Shown here piece by piece: positions 15,365-21,858 of a stretch of DNA of 24,000 nt (position 1 is its first letter; every line of letters starts with the position of its first letter). The position numbers and the translations under genes are program-made. Below the pieces are notes generated by a model that was not told where the DNA came from, ran no database searches, and saw only the letters and a program-made list of their open reading frames with translations. This DNA is from Candidatus Desulfofervidaceae bacterium (lineage in GTDB: Bacteria > Desulfobacterota > Desulfofervidia > Desulfofervidales > Desulfofervidaceae): the NCBI GenBank assembly GCA_027064585.1, contig JAMOPI010000036.1, positions 41,777-65,776 on the forward strand, written 5' to 3'.

Positions 15365-18300
15365 ATGTCTACTCCTGCGTTTTTTAAAACCGCCTATTTT
15401 GCAGAGAGTTGTCCTAATTGTGGAGGCATAATTGATGATCGGCGTCTTTCTTTAGGCCAGCCGTGTGAGAAGTGTTTGGAAACTCCCCGTGTTTGTGTTT
15501 GCAAGGCATTAAGGAATAAACAGTGTTTAAAGGAAATGGCCACAGCCTGTAGGGTCTGGGAGGAGACAGATCGGTTTAAGAGTTTTTTTACCCAAAAAGT
15601 AGGCTCTTCTCCTTGGGCATTACAGCTTACCTGGGCCAAACGGGCCTTTTTAAAAAAGTCTTTTGCTATTGTTGCGCCTACCGGTGTTGGCAAAACCACC
15701 TTTGGTCTAGTTTTTACAGCCTATCTTTCGCAGCCAAGCTATATTCTTTTGCCGACGAAACTATTGGTCAAACAGGCCTATGAACGTCTTTTAAAATTTC
15801 TTCCTCCTTCCCAAATTGCTGTCTATTTGGGCAAAAAGGATGAAAAGGAACGTATCGCTACGGCCAATTATAAGGTGCTTATCACCACGGTAAACTTTTT
15901 TTACCGTAATTTTGAGCTCATTCCCAAGCATTTTTTTAAATTTATCTTTGTAGACGACGTGGATGCGGTGTTAAAGTCTTCTAAAAATGTAGATTATCTT
16001 TTTAAACTCATGGGTTTTAGCGATGAGGACATAAAACTTGCGCTTAAACGCCAAAAGACAGAAGCCGAAAGAGAGCGCCTTAAGAAACTATCCGAACATA
16101 AAGATATAATCTTAATTGTCTCTTCGGCCACAGTGCAGCCAAAGACCAACCGGGTAATGCTCTTTCAGCAATTGCTTGGGTTTGAGGTGCAGCAGGCCCA
16201 AAGTAACCTGCGTAATATTGTAGACTTATGGCAGCAAGTAGAAAATGAAGATGAAGCTTTGCAAGAAGCCGCTGCTTTTATCCAGAGATATGGGGGAGGT
16301 TGTTTTCTGTTTGTATCTGCTGATAACGGCAAAGAAGGAGTAGAAAGAACTGTTTCTTTTTTAAATAAGCAGGGCATAAAGGCCACTGCCTATCATAAAG
16401 TTAATGATGCCCAGATAAAGGCCTTTTGTCAGGGAGAGCTTAAGGTCGTTGTGGGTATTTCTAATGCCTATAATCCCCTTGTGAGGGGAGTAGATTTGCC
16501 AGAAGCTGTGCGTTATGTCATTTTTTTAGACGTGCCCAAATTGATCTTTCCTACGGTCGTTTCCTTAAGGCCAAGCAGCCTTTTTGGCCTTTTGACCGCC
16601 CTAAAAGACCTCTTACCTGCTGAGAAACTTAACTCTTATCTTTCTTATGTGCGCAGGTATCTTAGTCTTTCTGAGACCCAAATAGACCGCTATCCCCGGA
16701 TCAAGACCCGCCTAGAAGAAATTGCTGCCTTTTTAGAAGCGCATTTAAACGATAAGGACTTTATTGAACGCATAAAAAAGGACGAAAATATTGGTTTAAA
16801 AGAAAAAAATGGTCAGCTCTATATTGTTGTTGGCGATACAAATGGCTATCTCCAGGCCTCTGGTCGGGCCTCACGCTTATTTGCCGGCGGCTTAAGTAAA
16901 GGCCTGGCCTTGACTCTTTATTGGGATAAAAAGGCTGCACGTAGTCTTTTTAAAAGAATGCGTTTTCAGGATAGTGTGCGTTTTGCTCAAATGGAAGAGG
17001 TAGATTTTAACGCCCTTTTTAAGGAGATAGACGCCGATCGCGAACGGATTAAGGCCATTAAGGCCGGCAAGGACTTGCCTGAGAAAAAGGACTTATTTAA
17101 AACCACGTTGGTAGTTGTGGAATCTCCCACCAAGGCCAAGACCATTGCCAGTCTCTTTGGACGACCTAGCCGTCGTCGGATTGGACATTTGCTGGTGTAT
17201 GAAATTAATTTGGAAGATCGCCTTCTCTGTATCACGGCCTCATTAGGACATGTGTATGACCTTACCATCTCTGATGGCTATTTTGGCGTAAAAAAAGAAG
17301 ACGGCCGGTTTTTACCTGTGTATGCGCCGATAAAATCATGCCTTGATTGTGGAGTGCAGACAACCGAAAATCTCTGTCCCCGCTGTCATAAGCCACTTTC
17401 ATTAAGCAAGGCTGAAGTTATCCAGGCCCTAAAGCAGATAGCCCTAGAAGTGGATGAAATTCTTATTGCCACTGACCCAGATACCGAGGGTGAAAAGATA
17501 GGCTGGGATATAAGCCTCCTTTTGCGCCCCTTTCATCCGGTGATCAAGCGGGCCGAGTTTCATGAGGTAACCCGCCGTGCCTTTTTAAAGGCCATCAAAA
17601 ATCTCCGCTCTCTTCATCTGCCTTTGGTTAAAGCCCAAATCCTGCGCCGCATTGCCGATCGCTGGGTAGGGTTTATCCTCTCGCAGCGTCTATGGGAGGC
17701 ATTTCAAAGACGCACTCTCTCGGCCGGACGCGTTCAGACCCCGGTACTTGGCTGGGTGATTGAAAGAGAAAAGGAACGTCGCCAAAAAAAGGCACGCATT
17801 AGTTTTTCCTTAGGCGGATTTTCCCTTTCCTTTGAAGAGTTGGACTTAGACAAGGCAAAAGAAATTTTTACCCGTTTAGAGCAGGCCAAGATAATCATCA
17901 GCGATGCCGGCGAAAAGACTATCTCTTCCCCTCCGCCCTATCACACTGGCCCCCTTTTAACCGATGCCTCACAGCTTTTATACCTAAGCGTCAGCCAGAC
18001 TATGCACCTTCTGCAGGAACTCTTTGAAAAAGGCATTATTACCTATCACCGCACAGATTCCATGCATGTGTCTGAAGTAGGTAGAGAGGTAGCTAAGGAA
18101 TATATTACAGCCAAATTTGGAGAAGAGGTTTTACAAAAAAGGACCTGGGCCAAAGAAGGCACACATGAATGTATCCGCCCTACCCGTCCCTTGGATGAAC
18201 AGGAAATAAGATATATGTTGGCCACAGGGACCTTAGAGTTAAGCAATCCCAAGCAGGCCTTAAGGCTTTACCGGCTGATCTTTAACCGGTTTATGGCTTC

Positions 18301-18847
18301 CCAGATGAAGGATGCCCAGGTAAAGGTAAAGGAATTAAAACTTTGCCTGCCTGAAATTGGGTGGGAGAAAGAGTGGGAGATTTATACAGAAGTAATAGAG
18401 CCAGGATTTAGCTTACTTAAGCCCTTAAAAATCACGCCATTAAAAGAAATAATAATTAAAGATAAGGAGCTTCGCCTTGTACCCAAGGCTATGCCTTATA
18501 CTGAGGGCAGTCTGGTAGAGGAAATGAAACAAAGAGGACTTGGCCGCCCCTCTACATACGCCAAGATTGTGTCGGTGCTCTTAGAGAGAAGATATCTTAT
18601 TTCTCATAAAAATTACCTCTTTCCTACCCGCTTAGGTAAAGAGGTGTTTACCTTTTTAGACAAGCATTACCATGAATATGTGAACGAAGAGTTTACAAGA
18701 CAACTGGAAGAAAAGATGGATGCCGTAGAAGAAAATAAACTTGATTACCAGCAGGTATTAACGGCCTTATTTAAGGAAGTAGTAGAAAAGGAATGGCAAG
18801 AGGACTTAAAGGAGGTAGAGGTCAGCTATGGCAGTTATTTGTCCTAA
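15365..18847 (+). CDS. rgy: Reverse gyrase (N-terminal SF2 helicase-like domain fused to a type IA topoisomerase)
   Basis: A 1160-aa ORF. It has an N-terminal zinc finger (CPNCGG...CEKC), Walker A APTGVGKT and a DDVD box. The Toprim region reads VVVESPTKAKTI and TDPDTEGEKI. An internal zinc ribbon reads CLDCG...CPRC. The catalytic Tyr context is ITYHRTDS. Confidence 0.96.
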   Translation: MSTPAFFKTAYFAESCPNCGGIIDDRRLSLGQPCEKCLETPRVCVCKALRNKQCLKEMATACRVWEETDRFKSFFTQKVGSSPWALQLTWAKRAFLKKSFAIVAPTGVGKTTFGLVFTAYLSQPSYILLPTKLLVKQAYERLLKFLPPSQIAVYLGKKDEKERIATANYKVLITTVNFFYRNFELIPKHFFKFIFVDDVDAVLKSSKNVDYLFKLMGFSDEDIKLALKRQKTEAERERLKKLSEHKDIILIVSSATVQPKTNRVMLFQQLLGFEVQQAQSNLRNIVDLWQQVENEDEALQEAAAFIQRYGGGCFLFVSADNGKEGVERTVSFLNKQGIKATAYHKVNDAQIKAFCQGELKVVVGISNAYNPLVRGVDLPEAVRYVIFLDVPKLIFPTVVSLRPSSLFGLLTALKDLLPAEKLNSYLSYVRRYLSLSETQIDRYPRIKTRLEEIAAFLEAHLNDKDFIERIKKDENIGLKEKNGQLYIVVGDTNGYLQASGRASRLFAGGLSKGLALTLYWDKKAARSLFKRMRFQDSVRFAQMEEVDFNALFKEIDADRERIKAIKAGKDLPEKKDLFKTTLVVVESPTKAKTIASLFGRPSRRRIGHLLVYEINLEDRLLCITASLGHVYDLTISDGYFGVKKEDGRFLPVYAPIKSCLDCGVQTTENLCPRCHKPLSLSKAEVIQALKQIALEVDEILIATDPDTEGEKIGWDISLLLRPFHPVIKRAEFHEVTRRAFLKAIKNLRSLHLPLVKAQILRRIADRWVGFILSQRLWEAFQRRTLSAGRVQTPVLGWVIEREKERRQKKARISFSLGGFSLSFEELDLDKAKEIFTRLEQAKIIISDAGEKTISSPPPYHTGPLLTDASQLLYLSVSQTMHLLQELFEKGIITYHRTDSMHVSEVGREVAKEYITAKFGEEVLQKRTWAKEGTHECIRPTRPLDEQEIRYMLATGTLELSNPKQALRLYRLIFNRFMASQMKDAQVKVKELKLCLPEIGWEKEWEIYTEVIEPGFSLLKPLKITPLKEIIIKDKELRLVPKAMPYTEGSLVEEMKQRGLGRPSTYAKIVSVLLERRYLISHKNYLFPTRLGKEVFTFLDKHYHEYVNEEFTRQLEEKMDAVEENKLDYQQVLTALFKEVVEKEWQEDLKEVEVSYGSYLS

Positions 18848-19721
18848 GTGTGGGCGGCAGTATGATGTGATTTTATTTGATTTTCGGGATATTCTTTTGT
18901 GTGAATGCGGTTATAAGATTAGCAAAGATGACCTTCACCGGCGTTATGTCAAAGAGGCAGACATTTATGTTATCATTCCTGCCCGGTATGCAGCCAAGCG
19001 CTTTCCTGGGAAGCCACTTGCCTTGTGGCAAGAAAGGCCTTTAATTCAACATGTATATGAGTGTGCTTGTAAATCTTCTTTGCCCAAGGCGGTTGTTATC
19101 GCAACGGATGATGAACGTATTGCCCAGTGTGTAGAAGGGTTTGGGGGTAAAGTAGTCATGACTGCCCCTGACCATGCTTCTGGCACAGACAGACTGGCCG
19201 AGGCCGCCAATTTGCTTGGGCTTAAAGCAGAAGATATTATCGTCAATGTGCAAGGAGATATGCCCTATTTTCACCCAGAGATTATTGCTGAGGTCAGTCA
19301 GCCCCTTTTAGAAGATCCCCTTTTACCCATGTCCACTCTTGCCCAAAGGATTAGTTTAAAAGAAGAAATAGCCGATCCTAATTGCGTTAAGGTGGTCTTT
19401 AGCCCTACAGGCAGGGCCATTTATTTTTCCCGTTCTCCCATTCCCTACGATCGGGACAAAAAGGGCATCACCTATTACAAACACCTTGGCATTTATGGCT
19501 ACAGAAAGGCCTTTTTAGATAAATTTGTCAAATTAGAACAAACACCTTTAGAGAAAATAGAAAAGCTGGAACAGTTAAGGGCCTTGGAGCACGGTTATTC
19601 CATCTTTGTAACAGAAACCAAGCACACGGCTATAGATGTGAATGTACCAGAAGATCTGGAAAAATTGGAAAAAGTAGTTGGTGAAGGAAAGGAGGCGCAA
19701 GGAGGCAATAATGGGAAATAA
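18828..19721 (+). CDS. kdsB: 3-deoxy-manno-octulosonate cytidylyltransferase (CMP-KDO synthetase) with a roughly 45-aa N-terminal Cys-rich extension
   Basis: The KdsB core runs from VIIPARYAAKRFPGKPL to the end (NVQGDMPY, LEQLRALEHGY). The N-terminal extension is MAVICPKCGRQYDV...LLCECGYK (CxxC...CxC). The ATG has a GGAGG/AGAGG region upstream and overlaps the rgy 3' end by 20 nt. Confidence 0.85.
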   Translation: MAVICPKCGRQYDVILFDFRDILLCECGYKISKDDLHRRYVKEADIYVIIPARYAAKRFPGKPLALWQERPLIQHVYECACKSSLPKAVVIATDDERIAQCVEGFGGKVVMTAPDHASGTDRLAEAANLLGLKAEDIIVNVQGDMPYFHPEIIAEVSQPLLEDPLLPMSTLAQRISLKEEIADPNCVKVVFSPTGRAIYFSRSPIPYDRDKKGITYYKHLGIYGYRKAFLDKFVKLEQTPLEKIEKLEQLRALEHGYSIFVTETKHTAIDVNVPEDLEKLEKVVGEGKEAQGGNNGK

Positions 19722-20790
19722 AGAGCAAAAATTTTACTCAACTTTAGAAGATTTATTCGTTGGGGCAAAATTGGAAGGACAGAGTGGATATGTGAATTTA
19801 ATGAATATAAAAACGGAATATTTTGAGAAAATAAGACACTTAATTAAAGAAAAGATTTGGGAAGAATTTAGCGAAGATGAAGAAAATGAACTTTTTGATA
19901 AACTTTACACCTTTTTTGACAGTTACTTCAGTGATGGAGGTGCTATCTTCTTTTCATCTACGCCAGTTTATAAAAACATATATGCCAAGATTTATTCTGA
20001 TAGAGAGGATGTTTCTCTTTTTTGGAAGACACGTGATCTTTATTATGTGAAAACTGAAGTTAATTATCAATCCATTAAAAATATGATTTTAGATGAATAT
20101 GACTATTTTAAATTTAATTTTGATGCCAGCCAACTGCAACATAAAAAAGCAAATGAAAAAAAAGAACTTGCTTTTTACTTTGTAGGGTTAGAAAAAACGG
20201 ATGATAATAAGTTTGTTTTAGAATTTAAAGTAAAATATAAAGAATCTGCCAAATATGATAGATTGAAAGAAATATTGCATGTCAACCATACACAGGAATT
20301 AAAAAAATATCTGCAAGAGAATTTAGAGAATTTAGACGATCCTCGCATACGAATTCTTAAAAATAAACTGGACATCTCCCTGCTAAATTTTAAGAATAGG
20401 AATAAAAATACAGTCAAAGCAGAATTTTTAATCACAGAAAAAGAAGATGATATATTTAAAGGCGTAACGATAGAACCCGTCATAACCGATACCCAAGAAA
20501 TTATAAAGTATTGTAATAAAAAGGGCCTGATTGCTATCCATGAGGAAAACATTTTAAAAGCCTTTAGCCTTTATAAAAGGCAAAATGAAATTGACTATTT
20601 TATTCACAAAGACGCACGGAAATTTTTAAAAGAACAATTTGACCTTTACATTTATCAATACCTTGCCAACGACCTTGATACTATATTTGACCAAAAACGG
20701 CTTGATACTGTCAGAAAAATAAAAGAAATTGCCTATTTTGTAATAGAATTGACCCACCGTTTAACACAGGAGAAGATTTTGCTTACATAG
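19711..20790 (+). CDS. mod: N-terminal portion of a Type III-like DNA methyltransferase (Mod), out of frame with the catalytic portion; probably a pseudogene fragment
   Basis: The start is set at ATG 19711 (MGNKEQKFYSTLEDLFVGAKLEGQSGYVNLM...), with AAGGAGG 5 nt upstream. The motifs FVGAK.EG.SGY.NLM, LFWKT..LYYVKTE and NEIDYFIHKD...FLKEQFDLYIYQYL match my recollection of the N-terminal domain of a Mod / N6-adenine MTase family. The sequence is AT-rich, unlike the core genome. Confidence 0.6.
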   Translation: MGNKEQKFYSTLEDLFVGAKLEGQSGYVNLMNIKTEYFEKIRHLIKEKIWEEFSEDEENELFDKLYTFFDSYFSDGGAIFFSSTPVYKNIYAKIYSDREDVSLFWKTRDLYYVKTEVNYQSIKNMILDEYDYFKFNFDASQLQHKKANEKKELAFYFVGLEKTDDNKFVLEFKVKYKESAKYDRLKEILHVNHTQELKKYLQENLENLDDPRIRILKNKLDISLLNFKNRNKNTVKAEFLITEKEDDIFKGVTIEPVITDTQEIIKYCNKKGLIAIHEENILKAFSLYKRQNEIDYFIHKDARKFLKEQFDLYIYQYLANDLDTIFDQKRLDTVRKIKEIAYFVIELTHRLTQEKILLT

Positions 20791-20822
20791 ATAAGTTTCA
20801 AGATTCCACATGGCTTACTCTA

Positions 20823-21857
20823 ATGGAGAATAGATTAGAATTGGCAAAGGAATTGCTAAAAGGAGATGGAAGTTTGTTTTTACATTTGGATTATAATGCA
20901 AACTTTTATGGAAGGATATTACTAAACTCAATATTAGGTGAAAATAATTTCAGAAATGAAATTATCTGGGCTTACAGGACGGGTGGGAGTCCTTCTAAAA
21001 ATAATCCTCTTGCCAGCAAGCATGATACAATTTTCTACTATTCTAAGTCTGATAATCTATTTTTTAAAAAGTTTAAAGAAAAAGTGATTTATGAAAAACC
21101 ATTTTTTACCACACAGAAAGACGAAAATGGTAATTACTACGCTTTAGTTAATCTTAGAGATATTTTTGAAGGCATTTATACTATATTTGAAGGAGATAGA
21201 AAAATAACATTAAATGTAAAGCCTGTAATTAATGTCTCGGCAGAGAGAATAGAAAATTTTCTTACGCAGAAGCCAGAAGGATTGCTTAAACAAATAATCC
21301 TTCTTAGCACAAGAGAAGGAAATTTAATTATGGATTTTTTCTCAGGAACGGGAACAACATTGACGACAGCTCATAAAATGAAAAGAAAATGGATAGGAGT
21401 AGAGTGTGAAGAATATTTTGAAAAAATAATTTTGCCAAGAATGAAAGAAGTGTTAGCAGGTAGAGGAAATCACGAACCTTGTGGTATTTCTGAAGAAGTA
21501 AACTGGCAAGGTGGCGGTTTCTTCAAATACTATGAACTTGAACAATTTGAAGATACTCTTAGAAAAGCTGTTTATAAACCAAAGGATGACAAGATAGAAA
21601 ACATTGAGTTTAATCTTGATATTAAGCTTGCAAAAGATGGATTAGAAATAGATTATGAAAAGAAATTTGCTAAATATACATTTGAAAAGCTATATCCTGA
21701 TGTTGATATTCCAGAAACCATTTCGAATTTAATTGGGAAGAAAATTAAAAAGATTACAAGAGACAAAGTAGTATTTGAAGACGATTTTGAAGTTGACTTA
21801 AATAATCTCACTTTTGAAAAGTATCCATTTTTAAAACCTCTTATTTGGTGGGAGTGA
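20823..21857 (+). CDS. mod: Catalytic portion of a beta-class N6/N4 DNA methyltransferase (Type III Mod-like). The track ORF starts after motif IV. Same-frame homology extends upstream to about 20748.
   Basis: In this frame, open from 20706, nt 20748-20822 read IDPPFNTGEDFAYIDKFQDSTWLTL before MENRLELAKELLKGDGSLFLHLD. Motif IV DPPF is at 20751-20762 and motif I DFFSGTGTT at 21333-21359. The order IV, then TRD, then I is that of beta-class MTases. GGGFFKYYELEQFEDTLRK is also present. Confidence 0.75.
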   Translation: MENRLELAKELLKGDGSLFLHLDYNANFYGRILLNSILGENNFRNEIIWAYRTGGSPSKNNPLASKHDTIFYYSKSDNLFFKKFKEKVIYEKPFFTTQKDENGNYYALVNLRDIFEGIYTIFEGDRKITLNVKPVINVSAERIENFLTQKPEGLLKQIILLSTREGNLIMDFFSGTGTTLTTAHKMKRKWIGVECEEYFEKIILPRMKEVLAGRGNHEPCGISEEVNWQGGGFFKYYELEQFEDTLRKAVYKPKDDKIENIEFNLDIKLAKDGLEIDYEKKFAKYTFEKLYPDVDIPETISNLIGKKIKKITRDKVVFEDDFEVDLNNLTFEKYPFLKPLIWWE

Positions 21858-21858
21858 A

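Noticed and set aside
15394-18252. - strand ORFs inside rgy (15394-15699, 16165-16386, 16987-17268, 18046-18252)
   Set aside because: They are antisense to a 1160-aa ORF that has complete reverse gyrase motifs.
19041-19274. - strand ORFs inside kdsB (19041-19274, 19046-19246)
   Set aside because: They are antisense to kdsB and have no signals.
19678-19710. The track's longer start for the first island ORF (MVKERRRKEAI... from 19678)
   Set aside because: It overlaps kdsB by 44 nt. The ATG at 19711 has a near-perfect AAGGAGG at the right spacing and gives an N-terminus that fits the recalled family pattern.
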